A DNA stretch of 64,000 nucleotides from Anthoceros angustus (GCA_010909165.1 VJWM01000326.1:4664-68663); one strand, 5' to 3'; positions 1 to 13,359 are shown, counted from the stretch's first letter. The notes: a model not told the origin generated them from the sequence alone. Made by a program: numbers and translations.

Positions 1-1922
1 GAGGGACAGGAGTGCTTGGTGCTTTGCTAAAGGAGGTGCCGCACCACAGGACATTATTGCCGGAAGGAATCCCTCAAAAGATAGGCGGAGGATGTGCGGA
101 GGACTTGCAAGGAGAAGTTGTAGGATTTGAAGTTTGGACCGCGGAGGATGCGGAGATGGAAGGTAGGATAGATCCTACCATGGCGGGAATCCCGCGAGGG
201 TGGGAGGTGTTCCACGGTGGTTTGGGACCCCTCCTCTCATGACAAGACTACGGTGGCGGGAATTAGTCCTACCACGGTAGGAAGTAGTCTACGGTAGGAG
301 CACCTCCTACCACGGTAGGAGGAAAGGAAGTCACGGTTTGGAAGCTCCCAAGAGGGAGATAAGAAGGCAACCGGCCCGTTAGGTGGGCGAGCGGATGGAG
401 TCACGGTGGGAGTTGCCCCAAGTGATGGCGGGGAGCTCATCATAGGGAAGCAAGGGATGTAAGATCCCATGAGCAAGGCAAAGGCCTTGAGTCTCCGGAG
501 GTAAGAAAGGAGACTTGGACATGTTGGAGGAGATGTCATGGGGAGATGTTCAGCAAGGTAGATAGGAGCCGCCAAGAGGAGGAGTTGAATTCTTGAAGAC
601 GGAGGCGGAAGACAAGGACCTACCAAGCAAGGGAAATTGCGGGTAGGCGGCGGAAACCCAGGCGGGGAGGATGTTATGAGGATGGAAGCTCAAGTGGAGC
701 ACTTGGAAAAGAGTCTTGAAACAAGGCGGCAGGAGGCAAACCATCATATTCGGAGAACAAGGCTCTTACCAAGCAATTGGCTCGAGAGGAGAAGGTGGAG
801 CAACTTGCTCACATGGTGCGCATGGAAAAGAAGGAAGACAAGCAAGTGCTGCTAATGGAGGAAAGGTCAAGACGAGAGCAATCTCTGCAAATGAGGCCAA
901 AAGGCAAGTAGGCGCACATGAGCGGGTCATAGCCACAATGAAGATTAGTGACATGGAAAAGGAGCTGGGAGAAATCCGGAGGCTGGAATTGAAGGAAGAA
1001 GAGCTGGAACGGACACATTTTGTCCAAAGATTGGAAATGGAACGAGAAGTCCAGAACGGAATGCACAACTCCCTAGGAGGATAGGGGAGTTGGAGGAAGA
1101 AATGGCAAAGGAGAAAGGCCGTCATGAGGCGGTTGCATATGTTGGCGGTGAGGAGGCGAGATTTGGTGATTATGCCCTACAAGAGATTGATCCGCCAAGA
1201 TGAGAGGACGGAGAATGTGGCTCTCCATGTCAAGGCTGAGTGAGCGCCTTGGGCGAGATGCTTACAAAAGCAAGTGTGAGCATGGAGTATGGCTTGAGGA
1301 TTACGAAGAATTGGAGATGGCACAACAACGATTTGCAGCCCATCTTCACAACAAGGTGCTCAAGGCCACTAACGAGAGTTGTTGCGACTTCTTGAGAGGA
1401 GGATGTTGGGACCTCATGACGATGATAGGGGAGGCCCTCATGCAAGTCCAACCGGAAGCCTTAGACTTGGAGAGTGTCCCAAGCAAGGGGTGAAGACTTC
1501 CACTGTGGAGGGGTGAGGGGAGAAGCTGCAGTGGAGAATCACCCAGGTAAGGAAGAAGAAACACCGGTAGGAACTCCTACCGTGGTAGGAGGACTACCGT
1601 GGTAGGAGGACTCCGTGGTGAGAAGGTCCTACCATGGTAGGAGGGCCGGAAGAAGCGGATTCAAAGGTGCTAGCATGGATTTGACGGCAAGGAGGCGAGT
1701 ACCTTGGCCCTTGCAGAAAGAAGGAAGAGGGGTTGATCTTGCGGGGAATGGAGCAAGAATCACAAGGAGAAGACCAACCTCCTAACATGGGTGCGAGAGC
1801 TCACTTGCTCCACAAGTGAGGAAGAGGAGAAGGCGAGGATGAGCCGGTGGCTAAGAGAGCCGGGCTATTTTATTGGAGGAAGGAACTCAAGATAGGCATC
1901 AAGATAAGGAAGGGATTCATAA
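1..1922 (+). pseudogene. C-terminal half of the LTR-embedded ORF (coiled-coil part), frameshifted
   Basis: Fragments MEAQVEHLEKSLE, MKISDMEKELGEIRRLELKEEELE, LEMAQQRFAAHLHNKVLKATNE; terminal ...HQDKEGDS* motif shared with other copies. Confidence 0.7.
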
Positions 1923-3046
1923 GAAGTCCTTAAATTAGCTTGAAGACATGGGGCAAGATGCCACTTGGGAAGACTTTTCTTTAGAGGAGGAGGCATTAAT
2001 GCTTGTCAGAGAGTGTGTTGACTAGCTAGATAGGAATGTTGGGGAGCCATTAAGGCTCACATAGGTGAATTTGCTAGAATAGAATTTTACCCAAGATGCT
2101 TGGATGTCGAACTTAAAATCGTGAGGATACACTAAAATAAGGAGTAAGGCGGTGCAGGAGGGCGCTGAGGAGGCATGTGAGGACCTCCCTATAAAAGGAG
2201 GAGCTTGTGAAGTAAAATTATCGTGCTCCCATCCTCCCGAGTCCTTCACTTTGTGTGAATTTCGTCGCAAGCCAACGCAGAGGAGAGGAGAAGCGGCGGT
2301 CGGAGTCGGGCGGAGGGCTTGCTCTTTGCGCCGCTAGCTCCCCTTGTGAATGGTTGCTGTGTGAATTGTTTTGCTTTGAGTGTGTGGCGATGCTCAAGGA
2401 ACTCTCGGCTTGAGGGTAGACTGCAGGGAAAGACTCCCTGGAGGTTCTCGCTGTCTGGTACAAACCACATAGCAACCGGCCCAAGGAAGAACTCGTTAAT
2501 TTCCGGACGGACCCAGATTGTGCCGTAAGGCGAGTTGGAATTAATGAGCCAGCAATTGGTGTTAGAGTAGGAGATTGTGGAGGAAGGAAGGGGTAGATGA
2601 GTAGAGAAGAAGAGGCGTTGTTGATTGAGAGAGTTGTGAGGAGGATTAGTGTAGGAAAAGCGGAGGCCAGTGAGCCTAAGGGACGAATCCCAAATCGCAA
2701 GTAAGAGGCGCTCACGTGTGGAGAAGAGTGTCTTAGGAGTAGGGACGGTTGCGGTGTGGGTCGGGGTCCACAGGCGCCCGTGATAGACACTTCTCTAAGA
2801 CGTAACTGCAATTGTGTGGTGTCGTTGTAGGTTGAGGTTTGGTGAGTTCTGAAGCGGCGGATAGCCGTAGAGGAGCGTGAGAGGCGCCTTGTTTAGAAGG
2901 CTGAGGTAGTGTGTAGTGCGGTAGTGACGGATTTCTCAAGATTCGTTCCCCAAGTCTCATGGGACGAAACCCAAGCGTCTGGCAGCAGTGGGATAAGTGT
3001 GGCCGCTAGAGGTGCATCTCGGAGTGCCCGGGGTTTTCCTCCCACA
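1..3046 (+). repeat. Family-A long LTR, 3' ~3 kb (5' part outside window); ends ...TTTTCCTCCCACA, no PBS after it (3' or solo LTR)
   Basis: Colinear with 6100-9189 and 15431-18520; ends in the shared terminus GGGATAAGTGTGGCCGCTAGAG...CCTCCCACA at 3046. Confidence 0.85.
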
Positions 3047-3720
3047 AGATCTCGACTTGCTCCTTAGGGAGGTGGCTTACTAGCGGGAGGTTGATGTGAG
3101 GACCTCCTCAAGAGCTCAAAGTCCCACATTCTTCGCGAGCTCCGAGTTGGAAGCGCCAAGCGTCTTTAGTGAAATCCTCAAGAGGAATTGGCGGAGTGCT
3201 TATGGAGGCTCATCGCAACCAGACTCCCCGGGGAGGAGTTGTGAATGTTTGCTTTGAGTGTGTGGCGATGCTCAAGGAACTCTCGGCTTGAGGGTCCTCA
3301 GGGAAAGACTCCACAGGTTCTCACGATGCACACCATGCCAAGGAAGCTTTTGGTGTGTACCCAGACAGCTCCTGGAATGGGCTAAACTAGTTGGGGCAGG
3401 AAGGAGGAGATGGTATTTTTGTTATAACCACACGGGCCACCTCGAATCCCAACTGCAGTGGCACTCCACACATGGAGAGATGGTCTTAGGAGTAGGGACG
3501 GTTGCGGTGTGGTTCCCACCGCCCGTGATCTCACACCACACTAATTTTGTGCTTGAGGCGTGGTGAATAGAGGAAGAGGAGGAGGAAGAAGAGGGCGCCT
3601 TGCTTGTTTAGAAGGGTATAGTGCCCTCTGGCGATTGTCAACCCACCACACAAGTCTCATGAAAAAACCCACTTTTACGTGGGATAGTGTGCGCTAAGCC
3701 TCAAGCCCTTTTCCTCCACA
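3047..3720 (+). repeat. Degraded 3' end of a diverged family-A-like LTR
   Basis: Contains in order GTGAGGACCTCC, TTTGAGTGTGTGGCGATGCTCAAGGAACTC, GAGTAGGGACGGTTGCGGTGTGG, GAGGGCGCCTTGCTTGTTTAGAAGG, CAAGTCTCATG; ends TTTTCCTCCACA at 3720. Confidence 0.65.
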
Positions 3721-4068
3721 TAAAGCATGATCTGTTGCTAGCCCTCAATCTTGTAACAGCCCACAATCATGGGCCTCTTCCATGACTCTTACAAGGAGTC
3801 CGCCCTTGCATGGAACAAGGTGTGAGCCTCCCAACGCATGAAATTCTGCCTTAAAGCAGCCAAGTCTTGGAATCCCACTCCAGGGAATCCATGAAGGAAT
3901 GCTCTTCCTCGCCTTCAATCTTGTGAAGTAAATGATACCTCATCCACCGCCATCCTTGATTAAAGGACGTAGATTCTCTTCACTAACATCTGCACAATTT
4001 CTTTTGAGTTGACTTGAGCTTGTCACATAGTCTTCCTCGTGAAGAAGTGCAGCCTCTCCCAAGTTATG

Positions 4069-7000
4069 GTGTCAAAAGTTTGGGCAACTAGCTTAAATGA
4101 GTTGCAAACAGCCCACTCTTTTGCTAGAATGGTTTGGTGAAGACATGCAAGGAAATTTTTGCTCCTTTTGAGCGGGAGTTGTAGGACCATGGGAAGGCAG
4201 AGGATATGCAGAAAGCGGGTCAAAACGACCTCGGTGAGGAGAAAAGGTAACCTGAGTGGTAGGAGGTGTCCTACCACCGTAGGAGAAACTCCTACCATGG
4301 TAGACGAGGGTAGGAGAGATCCTACCACCGTGAGAATGACCCCTAGTGTTTTGATCACCTACCGGTGTGGGATTAGTAGGAGAGGGTAGGAAGGTATCCA
4401 CCGTGGGAGTGACTCCTACCGTGGTAGGAGAAAGGGAAGCTACCATGGTAGGAGGTGTCCTACCACGGTAGGAGATGGGTTCTAAGGAAGGTAGCTTATG
4501 TTTTAGGCGATAGGCTTGCTATATATAGAGTCTTTTAGTGGACTAGATAAATAGGCCAAAATAGGTAATTAAGAAATTAGAGGCTAATTTTCAGAATTAG
4601 AAATTAGAAAATAGGGAAATGGTATTTTAGTATAAGGAATTAGGAAACTAACATCAACGGTGAGAGGGGACGTGGCACACATCCAAGGGGCAGGATAGAA
4701 TGGTAGTTACTTTTCTAACCCTTGGGTGACTTATAAAAGTGGTGTGCTGCAGGAGGCCACAACTCGAAACTTGAGGAGGCCTCCACGGAAGGCGCCGCCA
4801 CACTCAAGCTTCCCAAGGCCCCCATACAGCCGCGCCCGACGCATCCTGAGGAGGAGAAGGAGGGCGCTCAACAAGGAGGCGGAAATCGCGCCCAAGAGAG
4901 AGGGGAGGAGGAAGAAGAGAAGGAGAAGAAGGTTGGGCAACCCAACACTTGCCAAGCTCGTGAGGGTGCCTAGGAGGGTGGAGCGTGGCAAGATTGCTAG
5001 GAAACCGCAGGAAGGGCTCCTAAATTGCTGGCAGTGTGTAAGAGTCCTGGGGAATTTTGGTGAGCTTTGCAGGAGAAATCGGGGTTTTGGGGACGCCAAG
5101 GTGTAAGGACTGCAGGAGGAGAGCAAGGGGCAAGGACCTTTGAGCTGTGAGCAAGAGCAAATCAGAGGAGGAGAAAACGTTTGCAAGGATAGGAAGTCAG
5201 CCGCAGGAATTGCAGAGGCATCACTTTTCTTCAATTTCTGCAAGTACTAACCAAGGAGGCCATGACCAAGCCTACCATGACCAAGGGGCAAGGAGGTAGT
5301 AGCCAAGGAAGGAGCGTCCACCAAGGGAGGTGGCGCAGGAGCGGGCAAGAGGTCTAAGGAGGATCACCGAGGGTGGAAATTTGACATGCCCTTATTTACG
5401 TGCTGGGCCAGCTATCCTCTAGAGACCTTTCGACTTTCGACCTTGGGCAGCAGAGGAGAATATTCAGCTAGAGTGGGTGTATGGGCGACATTGGTCTTAC
5501 ACCAACCTTGAATTGATAGAGGAGTGTTTTGCTAATCGTGCAGACGGAAGAGGAATTGGCCGCCTTACCGATAGAACGCACGGACGGATCCACGGTGTTG
5601 GATTGTAAGGAGCATACGCATATGGCGGCCGGATAGCGAGGATAGCGGAATCACGTTGATGGAAGGAACGAGCGGAGGCAAGCGTGCATCAACGGCGGAT
5701 CTTCCCAAGGGAGCCCTTACCCTTATGCAAGGGGCATGAAGGCTAAGTCCAAGAACGGTTGGTGACGGACCAAATCTTGGAGCCCAAGTGGAGATTGTTC
5801 ACAAGAATTGTTTTGGGCTTGGTGAGCAATCCAAGGGTGTCATATTTCAGCACTACCTTCCTCCATTTTCTATGGAAGATCACTCAAGGAGCGAAGCGGA
5901 TTGGGGCTCATCATGTATGAAGCATACACCTACCAAGCAAGGGAAAAGTTGCTGAAACCCAACGTCGGATGAAGATAGTCCACGGCCGTGCTATCTTAGC
6001 ACTTATCTAGTGCATTTGTGGGAAGTAGAGGGGCTGCTCACAAGTAAGGAGTTGGATGATTCCAAGCATCCCTTTAACATTGTGTACTTACTGACCGGAG
6101 AGGGACGAGTGCTTGGTGCTTTGCAGCTAAAGGAGGTGAGGGCACCCTCAGGACATTATTGGAAGGAATCCTCCGAAAGATAGGCCGGAGGATGCAGGAG
6201 GACTTGCAAGGAGAAGTTGTAGGGGATTTGAAGTTTGGACCGGAGGATGCGGAGATGGAAGGTAGGATAGATCCTACCATGGGTGAATCACGAGGGTGGG
6301 AGGTGTTCCCACGGTGGTTTGGGACCCCTTTCGTCCTCTCATGACAAGACCTACGGTGGCGATTAGTCCTACCACGGTAGGGAAGTAGTCCACTTGGAGC
6401 ACCTCCTACCACGGTAGGAGGGAAAGGAAGTCACGGTTTGGAAGCTCCCAAGCGGGAGATAAGAAGGCAACCGGCCCGTAGGTGGGCGAGCGGATGGAGT
6501 CACGGTGGGAGGAGTTGCCCACCAAGTGATGAGCGGGAGCTCATCATAGGGAAGCAAGGGATGTAAGATCCCATGAGCAAGGCAAAGGCCTTGAGTCTCC
6601 CGGAGGTAAGAAAGGAGACTTGGACATGTTGGAGGAGATGCTGCGCATAGGGGAGATGTTCAGCAAGGTAGAGATAAGCCGCCAGAGGAGAGTTGAATTC
6701 TTGAAGACGGAGGCGGAGAAGACAAGGACCTACCAAGCAAGGGAAATTGCGGGTGGCGGCGGAAACCCAATGGCGGAGGATGTTATGAGGATGGAAGCTC
6801 AAGTGGAGCACTTGGAAAGAGTCTTGAGACAAGGCAACAGGCAAACAATCATATTCGGAGAACAAGGCTCTTACCAAGCAATTGGCAGCTCGAGAGGAGA
6901 AGGTGGAGCAACTTGCTCACATGGTGCTGGGAAAAGAAGGCGGAAGACAAGCAAGTGCTGCTAATGGAGGAAAGGTCAAGACGAGAGCAATCTCTGCAAA

Positions 7001-9189
7001 TGAGGGCAAAGGCAAGTAGGCGCACATGAGCGGGTCATAGCCACAGTGTGAAGATTAGTGACATGGAAAAGGAGCTGGGAGAAATCCACGAGGCTGGAAT
7101 TGAAGGAAGAAGAGCTGGAAGAACGGACACATTTTGTCCAAAGATTGGAAATGGAACGAGAAGTCCAAGCGGAGAATGCACAACTCCCTAGGAGGATAGG
7201 GGAGTTGGAGGAAGAAATGGCAAAGGAGAAAGGCCGTCATGAGGCGGTGGTGCGCATATGTTGGCGGTGAGGGAGGCGATTGGTGATTATGCCCTACAAG
7301 AGATTGATCCGCCAACCGCAGAATGAGAGGACGGAGAATGTGGCTCTCCATGTCAAGACCGTGGTGAGCTGGCCTTGGGCGAGATGCTTACAAAAGCAAG
7401 TGTGAGCATGGAGTATGGCTTGAGGATTGAAGAATTGGAGATGGCACAACAACGATTTGCAGCCCATCTTCACAACAAGGTGCTCAAGGCCACTAACGAG
7501 TTGTTGCGACTTCTGAAAGGAGAATGTTGGGACCTCATGATGATGATAGGGAGGCCCTCATGCAAGTCCAACCGAAGCCTTAGACTTGGAGAGTGTCCCA
7601 AGCAAGGTGAAGAAACTTCGCACTGGGAGAAGCAAGTGGGCGGAAGGCTGGGAGAGAATCACCCTGTGAAGGGGTAAGGAAGAAGAAACGACCCGGTAGG
7701 AACTCCTACCGTGGTAGGAGGAGTTCCCGTGGTAGGAGGGACTCCTACCGTGGTAGGAAGGTCCTACCATGGTAGGAGATTGTGGAGGAAGAAGCGGATT
7801 CAAAGGCATGGATTTGGCAAGGCGAGTACCTTGGCCCTTGCGGAAAGAAGGAAGAGGGGTTGATCTTGCAGGAATGGAGCAAGAATCACCAGGAGAAGAC
7901 CAACCTCCTAACATGGGTGCAGGAGCAAGGAGCTCACTTGCTCCACAAGTGAGAGGAAGAGGAGAAGCTGAGGATGAGCCAGTGGCTAAGAGAGCCCGGG
8001 CTATTTTATTGGAGGAAGAAACTCAAGATAGGCATCAAGATAAGGAAGGGGATTCATAAGAAGTCCTTAAATTAGCTTGAAGACATGGGACAAGATGCCA
8101 CTTGGGAAGACTTTTCTTTAGAGGAGGGAGCATTAATGCTTGTCACCCAAGAGTGTGTTGACTAGCTAGATAGGAATGTTGGAGCCATTAAGGCTCACAT
8201 AGGTGAATTTGCTAGAATAGAATTTTACCCAAGATGCTTGGATGTCAGAACTTAAAGTCTGACAATAGGATACACTAAAATAAGGAGTAAGGCAGTGCCA
8301 GGAGGGCGCGCCAGGGGGAGGCTGTATGTGAGGACCTCCCTATAAAAGGAGGGAGCTTGTGAAGTAAAATTATCGTGTCTTGCGCTCCCATCCTCCTGAG
8401 TCCTTCACTTTGTGCAGGAATTTCGTGCGGCAAGCCAAGCGTCCGTAGAGAGGGAGGGAGGCGGTCCAGTCGGTGGAGGGCTCTTTCTGGCGCCACGCTC
8501 CCTTGTGAATGGTTCGTGTGAATTGTTTTGCTTTGAGTGTGTGGCGATGCTCAAGGAACTCTCGGCTTGAGGGTAGACTGGAAAAGACTCTGGAGGTTCT
8601 CTGTCCGTACAAACCACATAGCAACCGCCCAAGGAAGAACTCGTTAATTTCCGGACGGACCCAGCAGCCGTAAGGCGAGTTGGAATTAATGAGCCAGCAA
8701 TTGGTGTTAGAGTAGGAGATTGTGGAGGAAGGAAGGGTAGATGAGTAGAGAAGAAGAGGGCGTTGTTGATTGAGAGAGTTGTGAGGAGGATTAGAGTGTA
8801 GGAAAACTAAGGCCTGGCGAGCCTAAGGGACGAATCCCAAACTGCAAGTAAGAGGCGCTCCCTGTGGAGAAGAGTGTCTTAGGAGTAGGACGGTTGCGGT
8901 GTGGGTCGGGGGTCCCGGCGCCCGTGATAGACACCTTGTTAAGACGAACACAATTGTGTGGGTGTAGGTTGAGGTTTGGTGAGTTCTGAGCGATGCAGGC
9001 GTAGGCTGTAGAGGAGCGTGAGGGCGCCTTGCTTGTTTAGAAGGCTGAGGTAGTGTGTAGCTGCAGTGTGTGATTTCTCAAGATCGACTACCCAAGTCTC
9101 ATGGGACGAAACCCAACGCACGAAACGACAGTGGGATAAGTGTGGCCGCTAGAGGGGAATCTCGGAGTGCCCCGGGTTTTCCTCCCACA
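4069..9189 (+). repeat. 5' LTR of gypsy copy 1 (~5.1 kb)
   Basis: Begins ~GTGTCAAAAGTTTGGGCAAC (degenerate TGTGGAACGCAAAAG); ends CCTCCCACA immediately before the PBS. Confidence 0.85.
5262..8059 (+). pseudogene. LTR-embedded additional ORF (~930 codons when frames are joined): N-terminal conserved domain plus coiled coil; frameshifted as read
   Basis: ATG ACC AAG CCT ACC ATG at 5262; peptides shared with all other copies through ...QDRHQDKEGDS* at 8059. Confidence 0.7.
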
Positions 9190-9193
9190 TTTT

Positions 9194-9211
9194 TGGCGCC
9201 GTTGCTTGGGG
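9194..9211 (+). other. Primer-binding site, tRNA-Asp type (Athila-like)
   Basis: TGGCGCCGTTGCTTGGGG 5 nt after the LTR-terminal CA; close to the known Athila PBS TGGCGCCGTTGCCGGGGA. Confidence 0.85.
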
Positions 9212-10386
9212 GACGCTGGAGGAGAAGATCTTGTAAGGAGGTGGAGGGGGGTCCTGAAGAGAAAAGGATCCACGTGCCCGAAGGTGTGCGTGTTCCCTGA
9301 CAACAATGGGAGAGGTTGAGGAAGGCTTGGATGTCTGAGGAGAGGGGAACCATAGGAGGTCAAGAGATCTTGCAAGAGATCTGAGAAGAGCTCCGAGGCT
9401 GGGCCTTGCCTTTTGCCTTGAGGAGGAGGTGATCCACAACTTCCGGAGGAAGGAAGAAGAGGTAGTTGTCTAAGAGCAAGAGGAGGAAGAAGCGGAGGAG
9501 GAAGCACCTTCGAGCCGATCAGTCACGCCCAGCTCACCTCTTGGGATCCCACACCTGGGGAGAACATCCTGGAAGAATCTTTTTGCAAGGACACCCTTCT
9601 GGAGAACTTTGGTTGGAGAATTTACTGCAGGAGAGGAAGGGAATGAGTTCACCTAGCTCATCTGGACCAAGCAACATGAGTGGAGCAGGGGAGGGGATTG
9701 CTGTTTGGATAGTTGTGTGTTGAGGGGTGTGAGCGTGCTTGCGTAAGTCTAGTCGGGGAGGGAGGAAGTAATTTCGTGTAGGAGTTGAGAGGAGATCACC
9801 CCGCCTTTGTCTGCAAGGGATTTGTGAACTGAATGGAGAAATCATGTGTGAAGAAAGCTTAGTTGCTCTGATGTGCAAAGGAAGAAGCGGAGGAGAGAGC
9901 TCTTGGGAGGAAGCTACATGTGCTAACATCTTCAAGGGTTCCGTTGAGGAAGAAGAGGTAGTTGTCTAAGAGCAAGAGGAGGTTGTGCTCACGGACGAGA
10001 GGAAGGAGGTTGTTGCCGAGGAGTTGCTGATCAAGGGTGAGGGTCAAGAATCCGAGCCAGCGTTAATAATTTCAAGGTACATCTTCCGTTCCTGCAAGAG
10101 GAGGACTTTTTCGGCGTGGATTGTTGAGCTCTTCTAGCTCGAGTTGGTCGTCGTAAGAGGAGGAAGGCAAGAGGGTGAGATTTGGCGGTGAGAAGTTGGG
10201 GTAGATCTAATGGTGAGCTTGCAAGGTCTTGATCGAATCGCCCATCTTGCTGCCCTTTCAACCTTGCTTGTTAAGAGGACTGAGGCGCTTGTGTGCCCAA
10301 GTCTGTGTATAGTACATCCGCAGGCATTGTTCGCCGACAGGGGAGTTTCTTGGGAGGTGTGCCACGGTTTGTGGACGCCCTCAACC

Positions 10387-10960
10387 ATGAGTGGAGGAAG
10401 TGGAGGTGGTGGAAGTCGGTCCACCCCAGCAATATGGGAGATTTGGGGAGAAGAAACAAGGTGAAGATGATGAGGCTTTTGTGCAAACTTTTGAACAGTG
10501 ACTCATGCGAATTTGGAAGTCTCGTGGATTGTCTCCAAATTTTCCTAGAGTACTTCGAGGTCATGCCCAGCAGCGGTATAGTCACACGTGTGGGCTGCAT
10601 CATGATTGGGTTGGGATGATTTGAGAGCTGTATCTTTGAACCGGTTTTGTGGCTTAAGCTATGCACATCACACGTTGGTCCGGTTGAGGACTCAAGGAAG
10701 AGGAGGGAGTCTTTGTATGATTACATAGAGGAGAGAGTACCACCACGGCCACCAAGGATGTAGCTTCGCAAAAGCAAGGCCTATGGTATGACCTTTCTTG
10801 ATAAAGGTTGGGAAACTAGGAAGGAGTTAGAGGGAACACATGTAGATCCATGTGCCATAGAAAAATTAGAGCTAGAATGTGGTAAGGTGGTGAAGATTTC
10901 TAAGTGTAGAGGAGATGGTAGAGTTTAAGAAGGTGCGGAAGAGCATGAGAATGCGTTTCA
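10387..10960 (+). pseudogene. gag: gag relic (retrotransposon gag domain) of gypsy copy 1
   Basis: MSGGSGGGGS start; GWDDLRAVSLNRFCG and GESLYDYIE fit the W..L...F..RF / Q...E...DY pattern of Ty3 gag; repeated at 36828. Confidence 0.55.
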
Positions 10961-12689
10961 TTTTCGAAACCGGAGAGCGACTTGAGGCCACGATGACCGA
11001 TTTCGACGAGGAGTTGGTTGCCACGGCCGGGTTGAAGGGGAGGACGTGAGCATGTTGTAGACGGCCTAAGGATTGATCAGCAAGCCTTGCTGCCAGCAGA
11101 GGTCAAATGAGCAAGAAGGGAGCGCGTGTGAAAGGCAACAGGACAACTGGAAATCCGAGAGGGATAAAGGGCGCCAGTATGGGCGCGAGGAGGAGGCTGG
11201 AATGCTCCTCAAGGGTGAGCAGTCAGGAGGGCTGCAAGTGGAGGCCATCACGATGGCAAAGAAAGAAGCAAAACGGACATGGGGCGTTTTGAGTGAGGCG
11301 CCCCACTTGGCGAGGTCAAGCCAGGCGCCATGGGGCCGAGGAGGAGAAGGCCCTAGGGAGGTGGACACGAGGGCGAAGGAGGAGATGCGCCATGAAAGTT
11401 TGAGCAAGCAGGAAGGGAGGTTGGCGATCATGGGGCAATCACTCAAAATTCGCCATGGAAGTGCAGCAAGGCGAGGAGGTCGCCATGGGAGCGATCTGGA
11501 CCTGGACATGAGGCTAGGCCAACAAGAAGGAGGAAATCGGAACTTGGTTGGAGGAGGAGCATGCGGTGCAAAAAACTTGCGCATTGGCAAAGGGAGAAAC
11601 GGTTTTGTGAATGAGGTTGAGCATGTAACAACGACGCCGGGCTGCTGGTAAGCGAGCTAGCAGGCCACGATGGTGGCAAGGATGATGGAGAAATTGCGAA
11701 GAAATCACAATTTGGAGGAAGGAGAAGTGGCACACAAAAATGGTGTCTTGAGTCTGTCAGAGCCAGGGGCGAGGATGGCTCTATGGTGATGTGTATGAAG
11801 GAGGATTGTGGAGAAATCACACCTCAAGATATGCTTGCGTGGAATTGCAAGGAGAGTCGACCAATTCACGGTCGATTTGGAATTGCAGGCAGCAATGTAA
11901 GAGATCGCTGCTGAGCGCGATCTAGGGCTAGACATGAGTCTAGAAGGTCGGGAGATGGTGTACCAGCGATGATGCAGCAGTCCACGACTGCACCGCATAC
12001 TGATGTCGGCGTGGAGAAGCTAGTTTTGTGAGCCGAGTTGAAGGCGGGGTTGTGGCCAGCACCAACATCCACCGGTGAACAAGCTAGATGGAAACAAGCA
12101 AGGCGTGGCTGGCCTAGAGGTTGAAGAGCAAGTCATCGTTAGAAAGGATCCGTGAAGGGAGTTTTGTGAGATGTTGCAACCCAATGAATTGGGGATTGAG
12201 CGAGGAGAAAGGGTGAGCAGTCAAGAGGGCTGCAAGTGGAGGCCACGGTTGGCAAAGGGAGAAGAGAAACGGAAATCGGAGGACTCCCACATGGCGTGTG
12301 TGGGGCGCTTGATGGAGCCTCGGAGTAGGGACGGCTCGAGGATGGTGTGCATGGAAAGGAGCGGTGAAGAAACTGCGATCCAAGGGGCAGGAAAGCAGAG
12401 GGAAAAATTGGCGAATTCATGGCGGGGAAGCCACTTTTTGGGTACGGCATGTCGAGAGTATTGTCGTGGGAGGAGCTCAGCCAGAGCCTAAGGTTATCAT
12501 GGCGGGACCACGCAAGAAGAGCAGTTGGCCTGCGCGTGGATACTGCACCGTCGATGCAAGGAGCAGCGATCCACGGTCATAATGTACATGGGGCTGGCCA
12601 CCCTCCGTGGTGGGCGTAGTAGGAAGTGGCGAAAGTGCATGGGAAGAGGAGGTTAGAACGTGAAGGACTCCCATGTCCACGTTATTGAA

Positions 12690-13330
12690 TGGTGAGGAAA
12701 TTTCTTGGAGCACGGAATCATGCTGGATAGTTTGTCTAGGGAAGGGCGTCTGTCTTTCTCCCTAGAGTTGTGCCTTATTGTCTAAGAGATGGGGTCTTAT
12801 ACAAGCTTGGTTTGGATGAGAAGATCCGACGTTGTTTGGAAGGAAGCTTCTCTTCTTAAAGAAGCTTTGCATGCGTAAGAGGTTGGAGGCCATTATTAGA
12901 ATCACGGTGAAGAAGATCTTAGATCAGGCATTGTGTGGGACAGGAGAAAGACTATATTATTTAACGAATGATGCCCATTGAATTTGAAGTACCTACCTAT
13001 AGAATCATGGAGGATGAGCATGGACAGAGGAGGTCGGAGTTAGACTAGAGTCTTTCATAGAGCATGAGGAACGTGGGGAAGATGCTTTAGAAGAAACTCA
13101 ATCGGGAGCTTAGAAAGGATAGGCATGATGGGAAGTTGAGGAAGCAAGAAGCTATCATGGCGGGGTTGGTTCTTCTATATGATAGCCGATATATGGACTT
13201 CCAGGAAGCTTAGGGAGATGGATGGGACCTTGTGAGGTGGTGGCAGTGTGAGAATGGATCCGCAACGAGTCGGATGGGGATTTTTGCCAACTAGAGTGAA
13301 TGGGTGGAAGGTTAAGTACCTTCACCGAGA
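12690..13330 (+). pseudogene. Fused N- and C-terminal tips of gypsy integrase; catalytic core absent
   Basis: FLEHGIMLDSLSREG, YCLRDGVLYKLGLDEKIRRCL, ITVKKILD, then directly MPIEFEVPTYRI and LVLLYDSRYMDF..L..WMGP (GPY/F region). Confidence 0.75.
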
Positions 13331-13348
13331 TCTGTTGAGGGCAACAAT

Positions 13349-13359
13349 GAGGAGGGGAG
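13349..13359 (+). other. Polypurine tract of gypsy copy 1
   Basis: GAGGAGGGGAG then TA and TGTGG; identical at 39951-39961. Confidence 0.85.

Noticed and set aside
4731-5243. Antisense Leu/Ser-rich ORFs recurring in each LTR copy (e.g. 4731-5243, 2218-2811, 17541-18155)
   Set aside because: Explained by the purine-rich plus strand, which depletes stops on the minus strand; no independent conservation in family B was evident.
5262-8059. Calling the LTR ORF an envelope (env) gene
   Set aside because: I see no convincing signal peptide or transmembrane segment; the C-terminal half is charged coiled coil.
11700-11810. Possible CCHC zinc knuckle of gypsy gag (KWC..CQSQG)
   Set aside because: Too degenerate in both copies to read a complete Cx2Cx4Hx4C.
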